In this document: in pieces, positions 18,617-29,259 of the stretch
How positions within the stretch are numbered: position 1 is the stretch's first letter
Layout: every line of letters begins with the position of its first letter
Source of the DNA: Bacteroidota bacterium
Lineage (GTDB): Bacteria > Bacteroidota > Rhodothermia > Rhodothermales > JANQRZ01
Length of the DNA stretch: 64,000 nt
Reading direction: 5' to 3'
NCBI GenBank assembly: GCA_038746285.1
Contig: JBCDKT010000001.1
Coordinates: 123,757-187,756 of the forward strand
Notes under the pieces: generated by a model
Seen by the model: the letters and a program-made list of their open reading frames with translations, nothing else
Database searches by the model: none
What the model was told of the DNA's origin: nothing
Made by a program: the position numbers and the translations under genes

Positions 18617-19324
18617 TCAGGAGCCTGTAGCGCGCGCCTCCAGGAAGTCTTCGCGCAGCGCCTGCGTCACGCGGTCGGCGGCGAAGGCGGCGAGGCGGGC
18701 CAGGCCGCGCTCCATCTCCTCGGCCGAGAGCCCAGCGAGCGCCCGCGCCGTGACGACGTTGCCCGCCGCCGGGGGCAGCCCGAAGAGGGCGTTCGTGAGT
18801 ACCTCGCGCTCGCGGAGTTCGTCGTCCCAGACGACGGCCCGCGTCTGCCCGTCGAGCAGCACAATGTCGGCTTCGAGCGCGAAGTAGGTCGCGCCCTCGA
18901 ACGAGTCGGCGACGAGGCCGATCTCGTAGACCCGCAGGTCGAGCACGAAGTCGGCGGCGGCGGGGTCGTCGACGGGGCGAAGGCCGAGGATGGGGGCGCT
19001 CCCGGTGAGCGCCCGGCGAGCCAGGATCTCGGCCACGTCCACGTTCGCCGCCGCCGAGTCGAGCCGGGCCTGGGCCTTGCGCGCCTGCTCCCACTTCGCC
19101 GAGGCGGTGCCGATGCGGACGGCCGTCCCGATGGGATCAAAGGGATCCACGAACGCGTCGCTCCACGAGCCGCTCATCACGCGGGGCCCCGGCGGGATGG
19201 CCGCGATGACGGCGGCGCTGCGGTCGCTGAAGGTGTAGTCGGCCAGCCGATGGGACGGCCCGCAGCCGGCGGTGAGCAGCAGCGCGAGCAACGGTAGGCA
19301 GCATGATAATCGCAGAAAACGCAT
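18617..19324 (-). CDS. Hypothetical lipoprotein
   Basis: ATG at 19324 gives lipobox signal '[21 protein letters not shown]'. No recognisable domain. Confidence 0.65.
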   Translation of the reverse strand: MRFLRLSCCLPLLALLLTAGCGPSHRLADYTFSDRSAAVIAAIPPGPRVMSGSWSDAFVDPFDPIGTAVRIGTASAKWEQARKAQARLDSAAANVDVAEILARRALTGSAPILGLRPVDDPAAADFVLDLRVYEIGLVADSFEGATYFALEADIVLLDGQTRAVVWDDELREREVLTNALFGLPPAAGNVVTARALAGLSAEEMERGLARLAAFAADRVTQALREDFLEARATGS

Positions 19325-19442
19325 CGGAATCGCAGTTGTCGGGGACAGTGACGGAGGATCAGGACCGGGGCGGCGGGCGTACCTTCTGGCCTTCAGGCAC
19401 AAGGCCGCTCTGCCCGCACTGCGGGTAACACTTCCCATTCTC

Positions 19443-19805
19443 ATGCCGTACGTCGTTGCTCAGCCCTGCATCAATTGCAAGTACACCGACTGCGTCGAAG
19501 TCTGCCCGGTGGACTGCTTCTACGAGGGGCCCAACTTCCTGGCGATCCACCCGGACGAGTGCATCGACTGCAACGCCTGCGTCCCGACGTGTCCCATCGA
19601 GGCGATCTATGCCGACGACGAACTGCCCGGCGAGTGGGAGCACTACGCCGAGTGGAACGCCTACCTCGCCGACCAGTGGCAGCAACTCGGCTACAACATC
19701 ACCGAGAAGAAGGACGAGCTGGAGACGGCCGACGAGTACGCGGCCGAGCCGCAGTGGAGCAGCAAGTCCGAGGAAGACATCCTGACGTGGGAAGGCGCGG
19801 AGTAG
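19443..19805 (+). CDS. fdxA: 7Fe (3Fe-4S + 4Fe-4S) ferredoxin, FdxA type
   Basis: ATG at 19443. '[56 protein letters not shown]' carries the CxxxxxxCxxxCP and CxxCxxCxxxCP cysteine patterns of Azotobacter-type ferredoxins. Confidence 0.9.
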   Translation: MPYVVAQPCINCKYTDCVEVCPVDCFYEGPNFLAIHPDECIDCNACVPTCPIEAIYADDELPGEWEHYAEWNAYLADQWQQLGYNITEKKDELETADEYAAEPQWSSKSEEDILTWEGAE

Positions 19806-19887
19806 CCCTCGCCCGAGACCGCTGTTACGGTCGTGTTCAGTGCGACTACCGACCACGGCTGCGGGCGCACGCTGGAACAGCACCGGG

Positions 19888-22158
19888 TCACCGCACGAGT
19901 GTGATCCGCTGCGTCTGCGCTTGCCCGCCCGCCACGAGCCGGACGACGTAGACCCCGCTCGGCAAACTGCCCGCGCCGAACTGAGCCGCGTGCGCGCCCG
20001 CTTCTCGGGTCTCGTCGATCAGCACCGCCACGCGGCGGCCGAGGGCGTCGTAGACCGTCAGGCGCACCGGCCCGCGCTCGGCGAGGCGGTAGGGGATCTC
20101 CGTCCGGGCGCGGAACGGGTTGGGGAAGCTCGGCAGCAGGCCAACGTCTTCTACAGTGCGCGCTGCCTCGGGCGCGCGGAGGTCGTGGACGGTGCCCGGC
20201 GCGAGGCGCTGGCCGTCGGCACCGAAGGCTAGCCACGCGTCGTCGGTGCCGAGTGCACCGCCGGTGACGGCCGCGCCGAAGCTGTCGCTGGCGAGCGTGG
20301 TCCCGCCCGGTCCGGCGTTCATCGTGTAGACGTAGTCGCCGAGCGGGGCCGCGTTCGGGACGCGCTGGCTGAACGAGAGCGTGACCGTCTCGGGCGGCGT
20401 GATGAGTACCGTGTTCGGACCCAGCAGCGGGCCCCGCACCGATCCGTTCGGCAGCGTCGCCTCGGTCCAATACTCGAACGACGCCGGCCCGCCCGCCCCG
20501 ACCGCGAACGTGGCGTCGAAAAACACCCGCTCGCCGCGCGCGAGAACGACCGGCACCGGAGCCGTCGGCGTGAGCGTGACGGCGAAGTCGGGGAGGGCGG
20601 TCTCGGTGACGGTCAGGAGGTAGGGCTGGCGCCAGTCGCTCGGCCCGGTGCCGTCGTGGCGGACGCGGACGAAGTACGTCCCCGCCGGAAGCACCACGTC
20701 GGGGATGGCGAGGCTCGCCGTGCCCGGCGCGAAGTCCACGCCGAGGGATGCGTCCCCCGTCGCGTACGAGCCAGGGGCGATGTCATAAAAGTCCAGCCGC
20801 CCGCCGAGCCCGGCGCTCGGCTCCAGCGTCACCGTCGCCGCGCCGCCCGTCGTCTGGACGCGGTACCAGTCGGGGTCGGTCGTCCGCACGCCGTCCGGGA
20901 CCTGCACCGAGCGGACGGTCGCGGTCCCGGCGTAGGTCGTGCCCGGCGCGATGTCGTAGGCAAAGGCCGGATAGTCGCCCTCGTCGAGGCCGCGGATCAC
21001 GGTGTCCGTGTCTTCCTGGAGGTCGAGGTGGAAGCGGTCGGTGAGGAGGGTGTCGGTCATCCGGTAGGGGGTGCCGTCGGAGGGGACGGGTACGGAGCCG
21101 CTGTAGAGCCACTGCCGCTGGAGGTCCACCACGAGGTCGCCCGAGGTGCCGACGTCGCTCGTGATCCAGGTGTAGCGCACGTCGGTCGGGAGCGGCATCG
21201 CGGGGTTATCGGTCGTCCCGTCCCAGGCGTCGCCGAAGCCCTGGCTCTGGCCCCGGATGTTGATGCCGGTGATGACATCGTTGTCGTCGCCGTCGCCGTT
21301 GATGTCGTCCGTGTGCCAGCCGAAGCCGTTGCCCTCGTCGCCGCCGAAGAGGTAGGGGCCGGGGGACGAGCAGAAGAAGCAGAAGTAGTTGTACCGGAGG
21401 TCGCGCGTGGCCGACGAGTTGATGTCCGGCGTGTCGTCGCGCTGCACGGTGGAATCCGCCGCAGTCGAGTCGGCGAAGGGGAAGGGGTTGCCGAAGAGGT
21501 TGCTCCCCCGGTGCGGCGTGGCGACGGTGACGAGCTTGGCGACGCGGTGGCCCCCAGCCTCGCCCGGCTCGACCCACCACCGGGGCACGCCGCCTTCGCG
21601 CCGCTGCAAATACTCCCGCCCCACGAGCCCGCCCATCGAGTGCCCGACGAGGACGACCTTCTCCTTGCCCGGGTTCGCCGCGAGCACACGCCCGATCATC
21701 CGCCCGAGCGTGTACCCCTGCTTAAAGCCCGACTCCTCGTTCGAGTCCGACTCCGAGGCGAAGAAGCCGCCCGGCGAGTCGCCGCTGTTGATCTCGATGA
21801 GTGGGTTTGAGGGGTTCTCGTTCCAGAAGTTCTCGAAGTTCGAGGCGTAGAGGCACCCCGGCGCGAGCGCGTTATCCTCGTTCGCAAACTGGACCAGCAC
21901 GTCGTCGTCGGGGGTGTCCAGCACGCCGTCCGGCCCGGCGATGCGCTCCTCGTTCTCGTAGGCGTTGAGGACCGCGTGGAACACGCCGGCGCGCGGCCCC
22001 CAGATCGCGTTCACGGTGGGCTCGTTCGTGAACGGCACCCAGCTTTCCTGGCTGCCGGTGTAGCCGTGGAGGAAGAGGACGGGGTAGGGGCAGTCGCCCG
22101 CCGGCTGGGCGAGCGCGGGCGCGGCGGCGAGCAGGAGGGCGAGGACGGCGTAGCGCAT
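19888..22158 (-). CDS. Secreted alpha/beta-hydrolase (lipase/esterase-like) with T9SS C-terminal sorting domain
   Basis: ATG at 22158 gives signal 'MRYAVLALLLAAAPALAQ'. Nucleophile elbow 'VVLVGHSMGGLVG' (GxSxG). C-terminus 'SFPNPFRARTEIPYRL...LTVYDALGRRVAVL...GVYVVRLVAGGQAQTQRITLVR'. Confidence 0.8.
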   Translation of the reverse strand: MRYAVLALLLAAAPALAQPAGDCPYPVLFLHGYTGSQESWVPFTNEPTVNAIWGPRAGVFHAVLNAYENEERIAGPDGVLDTPDDDVLVQFANEDNALAPGCLYASNFENFWNENPSNPLIEINSGDSPGGFFASESDSNEESGFKQGYTLGRMIGRVLAANPGKEKVVLVGHSMGGLVGREYLQRREGGVPRWWVEPGEAGGHRVAKLVTVATPHRGSNLFGNPFPFADSTAADSTVQRDDTPDINSSATRDLRYNYFCFFCSSPGPYLFGGDEGNGFGWHTDDINGDGDDNDVITGINIRGQSQGFGDAWDGTTDNPAMPLPTDVRYTWITSDVGTSGDLVVDLQRQWLYSGSVPVPSDGTPYRMTDTLLTDRFHLDLQEDTDTVIRGLDEGDYPAFAYDIAPGTTYAGTATVRSVQVPDGVRTTDPDWYRVQTTGGAATVTLEPSAGLGGRLDFYDIAPGSYATGDASLGVDFAPGTASLAIPDVVLPAGTYFVRVRHDGTGPSDWRQPYLLTVTETALPDFAVTLTPTAPVPVVLARGERVFFDATFAVGAGGPASFEYWTEATLPNGSVRGPLLGPNTVLITPPETVTLSFSQRVPNAAPLGDYVYTMNAGPGGTTLASDSFGAAVTGGALGTDDAWLAFGADGQRLAPGTVHDLRAPEAARTVEDVGLLPSFPNPFRARTEIPYRLAERGPVRLTVYDALGRRVAVLIDETREAGAHAAQFGAGSLPSGVYVVRLVAGGQAQTQRITLVR

Positions 22159-22209
22159 CGGTACGGGGCGTTGAACAGGGCGGCAAGATACACGGGGCCG
22201 CCTACGCAC

Positions 22210-22241
22210 GCCGGCCGCCCCGCCGAAGCGGAGCGGCCGGC
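22210..22241 (-). terminator. GC-rich stem-loop after the PbH1 gene
   Basis: 14-bp stem around a 4-nt loop, read on the plus strand as 'GCCGGCCGCCCCGC-CGAA-GCGGAGCGGCCGGC' (one G.U/mismatch). Lies 23 nt downstream of the stop at 22264. No U-tract. Confidence 0.5.
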
Positions 22242-22263
22242 CGTTCGGTCCCGAAGGCTAGGC

Positions 22264-25200
22264 TCAGCGCACGAGCGTGACCTGCTCGGTCCGCACGTCC
22301 GCGCCCGCGACCAGCCGGACGAGGTAGACCCCGCTCGGCAGCGCTGCTCCGTCGAGCACCGCCTCGTGCCGACCCGCTTCCAGTTCGCCGTCGGCGAGCC
22401 GCGCCACCTCGCGCCCGAGCACGTCGTAGACCGCCAGCCGCGCGTGCTGCGCCTCGGGCAGCGCGAACGCCACGGTCGCCGCCCGGCCGAACGGGTTCGG
22501 ATACGCCCCGGCCAGCTCGACCGTCTCGGGCACCGCTGCGCCCGACGCGGCCTCGACTGCATCGGCCTCCGGTGCAGCGGCCTCGTCAGCCTCTTTGGCT
22601 CCCGCCATCGGCTCCGGCACCCACGGCCCGACCTCCAGCGCCGCCCACGCCTCGGCACCGCTCGCCGCCCGTGCCGGCGTCACCACGATCTCGAAGCAGT
22701 CCTCGTCGATCACCACGTTCGGGAACAGCCCCACGCGCAGGCAGAAGTCGTACGTCGCCACCGGCGCGTTGCCCGGCACCTGCTGCACGTACGGGACCGT
22801 CACCTGCTGCCCCGAGGGCAGCGTCCCGTTGGTGATCACCCCCTCGGCCAGCGTCGGCCCGTTCTGGAGCGCCGCCGAGAACCACGACTGGCCCGTGGCC
22901 GGGTTGGCCGTGCCGTTGGCGACGACGTAGGTGAACGACACCTGCCCGCCGCGCGGGACGGTCAGCGGACTCGTCGGCGTGGCGTCGATCGTGATCTCGC
23001 CCGAGAGGCCCGCGTCCTCGACCTCGACCGAGGCGGCGAACTCGCTCGTCTTGCGGTAGCCCTGCGGCAGGGTCCCTGCGACCTCGGTCGCGTTGGCCGT
23101 CACGAACGAGCCGGCCGGATACGCGCTCGCGCCGAGCGTCTGGGTGCCACTCGCGTTGCCGCTCCCGTTGGTCGTGGTCGTGGCGAGCGCGTTCGGGGTC
23201 TCGCACTCGCCGAAGCCCGAGGCGTCGGGCGCGGCGTTGCGGCAGAAGAGCAGCTCGTAGGTGGTGTTGGCCTCGGCGTTGAGGGTCCAGGCGATGACGG
23301 AGTTCGAGCCGTCGTTCTCGGCCGAGGTGATGACGGGGAAGTTGAGGCGGTCGTTGGCCCCGCTGTCGCCGTCGCCCGCGTCGTTCGGGTTCGGCCCGTC
23401 CGGGGCGAGGTCGACCGCGAGCTGGCCGTTGGAGTCGATGACGTTGCCGACGATGGCGATGTCGGAGCACCCACCGCTGAGGAAGATGCCGTCGCGCTCG
23501 TTGAAGCGGATCGTGTTGGGCTGGAAGTTCTGGCCGATGCGGACGCCGGAGGCGCTCTGGCAGAAGATGCCCGCGAGGCCGTCCTCACCGGGGATGCCGT
23601 TGCCGAGGTCGTCGCCCGCGGCATTCGTGCCGATGAAGTTGTTTTCGAGCACGACGCCCGAGACGCCGCCGAAGAGAAAGACGCCGGTGTCGGTGTTGCC
23701 GGAGATCGTGTTGCCGGAGACGGTAGCGAGGCTGGCGCTGTTGCCGAGCACGAGGCCGGACTCGACGTTGGGGCGGGCGGCGGAGCCGTCGGCGGTGGTG
23801 CCGATGCGGTTGTCCGACACGACGAAGGCAGCGCTGGAGCGAGCAGCGGTCGTCCCACCGGCATCGCCCCGGAGGGGGCCGGCGAAACGGATACCGGAGC
23901 CGTTGTTGCCGCTCACGGTGTTGCCTCGGATCACAGGGTCGAAGCTGTCGAAGACGTCGATGCCGCTATTTTGGAGGTTGTCTCCGACTTGGCCGTTGGG
24001 GCGGACCGCCCCCGCGGCGTTGAGGCCGATGGTGTTCCCCTCAACGTGGGTGCTGATGCCGCCACCGAGAAAGACGCCACTCAAGACGTTGCCGGAGATG
24101 ACGTTCCCCTCGCCCGCCGCGAGCCCCCCGATCCGTGTACCGAGCGGGTCGTCACCATCGACTAAGACGCCGGAGCCGTTGGGTGCGGCGTTCCCGTTCA
24201 GGGCCAGCCCGACGGTGTTGTTTCGGATGCGGGTGTCCGACACGCCCGATCCGATGACGGAGATGCCGAATGTGTTGTTGCCGACGAAGTTGCCGTTGCC
24301 CGCGCCCGGTAGCCCGATGTCGTTGTCCACCAAGTCCTCGAAGGTATCGTCGTCTTCGACGAGGATACCATCGAACGCGCCCATGCCGCCGGGGCCGACC
24401 CCGCGGTTCTTGGTCAGCCCGACCGTGTTGTTGGTCAGCACGACGCCCGAGGGCACCGCCCCGTGCTCGCCCGGATCGAGGCCAAGGAAGATGCCCTCTA
24501 AGACGTTAGCTGAGGCGAGGTTCGTGTTGATGTCGGCGTTGTCGCCCGAGACCCAGATTCCGGTGGAACCGTTGCCGAGAGGCTGGTTGCCGTCGGCGTC
24601 ACTCCCGACGAGGTTGCGCTGGACTATCATCCCACTCTCGAACGGATAGGGGATGATGCCGATGTTGCCGTTGCCCGAGACGAGGTTGTTCTGCGTCGTG
24701 CCGTTGACCTCGATGCCGTCGAAGTTGCCGGCGGCCGCCTCGCCGGTGAAGTCGGTGCCGACGTAGTTGCACTCAGCGAGAGAGTTCTCCCTGAACGCTC
24801 GGATGCCCATCCCGGGGAAGTTCTGGATGACGAGGCCGCGCACCGTCATCCCCGGCTCGTTGAAGTTGCTCAGGCCATCCCCGAACGAGAGCAGGCTGCC
24901 GTCGAGGACGACGCGGAGGTCGTGCTTCGGTCCCGAGACGAGGTCGCCGCAGGAGGCCCCCGGCTGGGTCAGCCCGTCGATGGTCACGTCGGACGTTTCG
25001 ATTCTCGGGAGCGGGTCGGGACCCATACTCGAGACGAATTCGACTTGGATCTGCCACACGCCGGGGGCGATCTCGGAGCCTGTGGGGCCGTCGTCGATGG
25101 CAAACTCGATGGTGATGGGGCCAGTCGCGGCATTAGCCTCGTCAATCGCTGCGCGTAGCTGGCACTCGTCGGGGAAGCTGATGGTCTCGCAAACGCCGTC

Positions 25201-25572
25201 CCCCGGATTCGCGTCCCCTCCGCCGTCGTCAAAGGCCGCATCGACGGTGAGAACGAGAGAAGATCCTCGGTAGACCGGCACCGGCGGCACACGAGCCGAA
25301 CGGTCTGCGGCGCGGCGCGGCGCACGCGGAGCCACGGCCGGGAGGTCGGCCCGGAAGGCAGCAGACGCCGCGCGGCCCGCCTCGTTCAGCACGAGGCCGC
25401 CGAGGGCTTCGTCGTAGCGGTAGTAGACCGGGCGCTCCGTAGCCGGGCGGGCGGTCGGACGGGCCTCGAGCGCGGCCTCGGCATCGAGGGCGGGGGTGGA
25501 GCGCTGCTGGGCGTGGGAGGCCGGGGCGGCGAGCAGGGCCGCGAAGCAGAGGAGCGTGAGGAGTCGGCGCAT
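22264..25572 (-). CDS. Right-handed parallel beta-helix (PbH1) repeat protein with CSLREA-like N-domain and T9SS C-terminal sorting domain
   Basis: ATG at 25572 gives signal 'MRRLLTLLCFAALLAAPASHAQ'. 'CQLRAAIDEANA' is a CSLREA-like motif. Many 'N.VSGN...GI' turns ('NNLVSGNGNIGI', 'NTVSGNNGSGIRF', 'NTISGNTDTGVFL'). CTD 'AYPNPFGRAATVAFAL...LAVYDVLGREVARL...GVYLVRLVAGADVRTEQVTLVR'. Confidence 0.85.
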   Translation of the reverse strand: MRRLLTLLCFAALLAAPASHAQQRSTPALDAEAALEARPTARPATERPVYYRYDEALGGLVLNEAGRAASAAFRADLPAVAPRAPRRAADRSARVPPVPVYRGSSLVLTVDAAFDDGGGDANPGDGVCETISFPDECQLRAAIDEANAATGPITIEFAIDDGPTGSEIAPGVWQIQVEFVSSMGPDPLPRIETSDVTIDGLTQPGASCGDLVSGPKHDLRVVLDGSLLSFGDGLSNFNEPGMTVRGLVIQNFPGMGIRAFRENSLAECNYVGTDFTGEAAAGNFDGIEVNGTTQNNLVSGNGNIGIIPYPFESGMIVQRNLVGSDADGNQPLGNGSTGIWVSGDNADINTNLASANVLEGIFLGLDPGEHGAVPSGVVLTNNTVGLTKNRGVGPGGMGAFDGILVEDDDTFEDLVDNDIGLPGAGNGNFVGNNTFGISVIGSGVSDTRIRNNTVGLALNGNAAPNGSGVLVDGDDPLGTRIGGLAAGEGNVISGNVLSGVFLGGGISTHVEGNTIGLNAAGAVRPNGQVGDNLQNSGIDVFDSFDPVIRGNTVSGNNGSGIRFAGPLRGDAGGTTAARSSAAFVVSDNRIGTTADGSAARPNVESGLVLGNSASLATVSGNTISGNTDTGVFLFGGVSGVVLENNFIGTNAAGDDLGNGIPGEDGLAGIFCQSASGVRIGQNFQPNTIRFNERDGIFLSGGCSDIAIVGNVIDSNGQLAVDLAPDGPNPNDAGDGDSGANDRLNFPVITSAENDGSNSVIAWTLNAEANTTYELLFCRNAAPDASGFGECETPNALATTTTNGSGNASGTQTLGASAYPAGSFVTANATEVAGTLPQGYRKTSEFAASVEVEDAGLSGEITIDATPTSPLTVPRGGQVSFTYVVANGTANPATGQSWFSAALQNGPTLAEGVITNGTLPSGQQVTVPYVQQVPGNAPVATYDFCLRVGLFPNVVIDEDCFEIVVTPARAASGAEAWAALEVGPWVPEPMAGAKEADEAAAPEADAVEAASGAAVPETVELAGAYPNPFGRAATVAFALPEAQHARLAVYDVLGREVARLADGELEAGRHEAVLDGAALPSGVYLVRLVAGADVRTEQVTLVR

Positions 25573-25822
25573 GGGTTGGCTCGGGGGGTAGGGAAAGAAG
25601 GCCCGAGGCCGAAGCACCGGGACGAGTAGCGAAGAATAAGTCACCAGGCGTTAAAAAACTTAGCTTTGTCATACGCTTCCGGCGCAAACCCGTAGCGCCT
25701 TTGACTCCCAAACCATAGATCACACATTGGCGTTCGGGCCTAGTCAACGCTTGGCTCACGCAGAGCAGGCCAAGCACTCGGTGGAGCCTGCCCTGCTTTC
25801 GCTGACCGGGAGAAGCTCCGGT

Positions 25823-25936
25823 CTACTGCGCGAGCGTCACGCGCTCGGTGTGCACCGCGCCGCCGGTAGCGAGCCGGACGAGGCCGACCCCGCTCGGCAG
25901 CACCGCTCCGTCGAGGGTTGTCTCGTGGCGGCCCCG
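25823..25936 (-). pseudogene. Orphan relic of a T9SS C-terminal sorting domain (3' fragment of a lost cargo gene)
   Basis: Encodes only '...GRHETTLDGAVLPSGVGLVRLATGGAVHTERVTLAQ*'. Its DNA aligns by eye with the 3' end of the neighbouring gene (22264-22380: '...GRHEAVLDGAALPSGVYLVRLVAGADVRTEQVTLVR*'). No cargo body lies upstream. An SDR gene on the opposite strand occupies that space. Confidence 0.6.
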
Positions 25937-26028
25937 CCTCGGCCTCACCGCCGGCGACCCGCTCGTGCCGAAACCCCGCGCCACGCCCGCCGGTTGGCCC
26001 CGTCCCTTCTCACCCAACCCTATCCTCC

Positions 26029-26772
26029 ATGTCTCAGCTCTCCGACCACACCGTCATCGTCACCGGCGCCTCGTCCGGCATCGGCGAAGCCACGGCCCGT
26101 CTCCTTGCCTCCGAAGGGGCCGCCGTCGCCCTCGCCGCCCGCCGCACCGACCGCCTCGAAGCGCTCAAGTCCGAGATCGAAGACGCCGGCGGCCGCGCCC
26201 TCGTCGTCGAGACCGACGTCACCGACCGCGCCGCCTGCCAGAACCTGATCGACCAGACCCTCGACGCCTTCGGGCGGCTCGACGTGCTCATCAACAACGC
26301 GGGCGTGATGCCGCTCTCGTTCGTCAAGAACGTCCGCGTGGAGGAGTGGGAGCAGATGGTGGACGTGAACATCAACGGGGTGCTCTACTGCACCGCCGCC
26401 GCGCTCCCACACTTCACCGAGCAGAAGAGCGGCCACATCGTCAACGTGTCGTCGGTCGCCGGGCGGCGGCTCTTCACCGGCGGCGCGGTCTACTGCGCGA
26501 CCAAGCACGCCGTCACGGCCTTCTCCGAGGGGCTGCGCCGCGAGCTAGGCCCCGCCTTTGGCATCCGCGTCACTTCCATCGAGCCGGGTGCCGTAGCGAC
26601 CGAGCTCCCCGAGGCGATTGCCGACCCCGAGTTCCAGGAGGCGATGGCCAGCTTCGAGGTGACCCCGCTCGAAAGCGAGGACATCGCCGAGTCGATCCGC
26701 TACGCCCTCGCTGCCCCGCCGCGCGCAACGGTCCACGAGGTCCTCGTCATGCCCACCGACCAGGCGATGTAG
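26029..26772 (+). CDS. Short-chain dehydrogenase/reductase (SDR) family oxidoreductase
   Basis: ATG at 26029. 'VIVTGASSGIGEA' (TGxxxGxG), 'LINNAGV' (NNAG), 'NVSSVAG' and 'YCATKHAV' (YxxxK). Confidence 0.92.
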   Translation: MSQLSDHTVIVTGASSGIGEATARLLASEGAAVALAARRTDRLEALKSEIEDAGGRALVVETDVTDRAACQNLIDQTLDAFGRLDVLINNAGVMPLSFVKNVRVEEWEQMVDVNINGVLYCTAAALPHFTEQKSGHIVNVSSVAGRRLFTGGAVYCATKHAVTAFSEGLRRELGPAFGIRVTSIEPGAVATELPEAIADPEFQEAMASFEVTPLESEDIAESIRYALAAPPRATVHEVLVMPTDQAM

Positions 26773-26840
26773 CGTTGCCCCGTCGTCGGGCGGGCACTCG
26801 CTCTCGGTAAACGCGTACCTACGCCATCCCGAGATACCGA

Positions 26841-27095
26841 ATGACGATGGACACGCTGAACGTTTCTCTTCCGCCAGGTCTCGACCCTGCAACGGCGCGA
26901 CTCGCACTCGCGCTTGGGCTGTTCCAAGAAGAAGAGGTCTCGGTCGGTAAGGCTGCTGAGATCGCGGGCCTCTCGTACCGCGCCTTCCTCGACGCCCTCC
27001 ACGCGCGCGGCATCTCGGCCTACACCTACACGGACGAGATGCTCGACGAGGACCTCGCCTTCGTCCGCCGTTTCAGAGAGGACCGGCGGCTGTGA
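26841..27095 (+). CDS. UPF0175-family antitoxin
   Basis: 84-aa ORF. 'ARLALALGLFQEEEVSVGKAAEIAGLSYRAFLDALHARGI' is the UPF0175 HTH-like pattern. Its stop overlaps the start of the downstream PIN-like gene (GTGA, 27092-27095). Confidence 0.8.
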   Translation: MTMDTLNVSLPPGLDPATARLALALGLFQEEEVSVGKAAEIAGLSYRAFLDALHARGISAYTYTDEMLDEDLAFVRRFREDRRL

Positions 27096-27544
27096 CCGAC
27101 CTCGTCGTCACCGACACGTCGTGCCTGATCGCCCTCGACCGGATCGGGCAGATCAACCTCTTGCCTGCGCTCTTCACGGTTCATGCGCCACCGGCTGTTG
27201 TCGAAGAGTTCGGGAGCCGTCCACCCTGGCTACTCGTCGAAGAGGCCGACGCGGCCCGCGTCGAGGTTCTGATGCAGCACGTCGACCGCGGCGAAGCCGA
27301 GGCGATTGCGCTGGCCGAGTCTTACGACGATGTACAGCTTCTCATCGATGAGAAAAAAGGTCGGCGGGTGGCACGAGAGCTTGGCCTTTCGGTGACGGGG
27401 ACCGCCGGCCTCCTGCTCGCGGCGAAAGCCGCCGGGCGGATCGCGGAGGTCCGACCCCTTCTCGACGCGCTCATCCGCGCGCACGGATTCCGGCTGAGCA
27501 AACGGCACTACGAGCAGGTGCTCCACGCGGCTGGCGAGGCGTAG
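27092..27544 (+). CDS. DUF3368-family PIN-like toxin
   Basis: 150-aa ORF. '[21 protein letters not shown]', '[12 protein letters not shown]', '[35 protein letters not shown]' fit the typical DUF3368 (PIN-like) motif order. Known partner family of UPF0175. Confidence 0.8.
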   Translation: MTDLVVTDTSCLIALDRIGQINLLPALFTVHAPPAVVEEFGSRPPWLLVEEADAARVEVLMQHVDRGEAEAIALAESYDDVQLLIDEKKGRRVARELGLSVTGTAGLLLAAKAAGRIAEVRPLLDALIRAHGFRLSKRHYEQVLHAAGEA

Positions 27545-27630
27545 CAGCGCGGCGAATCGGAAGGCAAGATCGGGAGATCGCCGCTCCGTGCGCGCCGTTA
27601 TCTTCCGCTCCCACCTTCGCTCCTCGGCTC

Positions 27631-29259
27631 ATGTCCCCTCCGTCTACCGGTCCCGCGCTCGGCTTCGAGTCTGTGCTCTGGGACGCCGCTGACCTACTCC
27701 GCTCCAACCTCGACCCCGCCGAGTACAAGCACGTCGTCCTCGGGCTCCTCTTCCTGAAGTACGTCTCCGACGCGTTCACCGAGCGCCGCGACGAACTGGC
27801 CGCCGCCGTGGCCGACCCCCACTCGGAATATTTCGTCCCCGAGGCGGAGCGCGAGGCGGAGCTAGAGATGGTGCTCGAAGACCGCGACGAGTACACCGCC
27901 GAGAACGTCTTCTGGGTGCCTCTCGAGGCGCGGTGGGAGCACCTCAAGGCGCACGCCTTCCGCCCCGAGATCGGGACGCTCGTGGACGATGCGATGGTGG
28001 CGATCGAGGACGCCAACCCGCAACTCCGGGGGGCGCTGCCGAAGATCTTCGCCCGGCCCGCGCTCGACAAGGAGAACCTCGGCAAGCTCATCGTTCGGTT
28101 CTCGGAGTTGGGCCTGGGCAGCCGTGAGCACCGCGACACCGACGTGCTCGGGCGCGTCTACGAATACTTCCTCGGGCGCTTCGCCTCGGCCGAGGGCAAG
28201 GGCGGCGGCGAGTTCTACACGCCCCGCTCCGTCGTGCGCCTGCTCGTCGAGATGCTCGAACCCTACGAGGGCCGCGTCTACGACCCGTGCTGCGGCTCCG
28301 GCGGCCTGTTCGTGCAGTCCCTCGCCTTCATCGAGGCGCACGACGGGCGGCGCGACCAGGTCTCGGTCTACGGCCAGGAGTCCAACCCGACGACGTGGCG
28401 GCTGGCGCGCATGAACCTCGCCATCCGCGGCATCGAGGCCCACCTCGGGCACAAGCACGCCGACACCTTCCGCGAAGACCTCCACCCCGACCTCCGCGCC
28501 GACGTCGTCCTCGCCAACCCGCCGTTCAACATCAGCCAGTGGCACGGCGAGAAGCTCCGCGACGACGTGCGCTGGCGCTTCGGCGCGCCGCCGGTGGGTA
28601 ACGCCAACTACGCCTGGATGCAGCACATCCTGCACCACCTCACCGCCACCGGCACGGCGGGCTTCGTGATGGCGAACGGCTCGCTCTCGACCTCGACCGG
28701 AGGCGAGGGGGCCATCCGCCGGAAGATGGTCGAGGCCGATGTCGTGGACTGCATCGTGGCGCTGCCGCCGCAGCTTTTTTACCAGACGCAGATCCCCGTC
28801 TCCCTCTGGTTCCTCACCAAGCACAAAGGACGGCTGGAGCGGACCGGCCGCCCCGCGCTCCGCGACCGCACCGGCGAGGTGCTCTTCATCGACGCCCGCG
28901 AGATGGGGACGATGGAGACGCGCGTCCACCGCATCCTGACCGGCGAGGACGACGCCCGACCGGGGCCGGAGACCGACATCGGGCGGATCGCGGCGACCTA
29001 CCACGCCTGGCGCAACGCCGACGGCGACTACGCCGACGTGCCCGGCTTCTGCAAGAGCGCGGGGCGAGACGAGATCGAGCGCAACCGGTTCGTGCTCACG
29101 CCGGGGCGCTACGTGGGCGTGGCGACGGTGGAGCGGGAGGGCGAACCGGTGGGCGAGGCGATCCAGCGGCTGATCGGCGAGGTCCGCGAGCAACTAGCCG
29201 AAGCGCGAGAGATGGACCCGACAATCGAGAACGTACTTAGCCTGCTTGAGGATGCCTGA
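27631..29259 (+). CDS. hsdM: Type I restriction-modification system, DNA methyltransferase subunit M
   Basis: HsdM_N '[34 protein letters not shown]'. SAM motif '[12 protein letters not shown]'. Catalytic '[12 protein letters not shown]' (NPPF). Confidence 0.95.
   Translation: MSPPSTGPALGFESVLWDAADLLRSNLDPAEYKHVVLGLLFLKYVSDAFTERRDELAAAVADPHSEYFVPEAEREAELEMVLEDRDEYTAENVFWVPLEARWEHLKAHAFRPEIGTLVDDAMVAIEDANPQLRGALPKIFARPALDKENLGKLIVRFSELGLGSREHRDTDVLGRVYEYFLGRFASAEGKGGGEFYTPRSVVRLLVEMLEPYEGRVYDPCCGSGGLFVQSLAFIEAHDGRRDQVSVYGQESNPTTWRLARMNLAIRGIEAHLGHKHADTFREDLHPDLRADVVLANPPFNISQWHGEKLRDDVRWRFGAPPVGNANYAWMQHILHHLTATGTAGFVMANGSLSTSTGGEGAIRRKMVEADVVDCIVALPPQLFYQTQIPVSLWFLTKHKGRLERTGRPALRDRTGEVLFIDAREMGTMETRVHRILTGEDDARPGPETDIGRIAATYHAWRNADGDYADVPGFCKSAGRDEIERNRFVLTPGRYVGVATVEREGEPVGEAIQRLIGEVREQLAEAREMDPTIENVLSLLEDA

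Noticed and set aside
15360-25644. Other long shadow ORFs: 15360-18194 (-), 21976-24165 (+), 23261-24649 (+), plus similar ones at 43283-44842, 45742-47739, 52717-54834 and 58824-60527
   Set aside because: Each is antisense or out of frame to a gene with clear domain signatures, and each shows the Arg/Gly/Pro/Ala-rich bias expected from wrong-frame translation of GC-rich DNA.
25848-26810. 320-aa alternative-frame ORF over the SDR gene
   Set aside because: Arg/Pro-rich translation. The other frame has complete SDR motifs (TGxxxGxG, NNAG, YxxxK).
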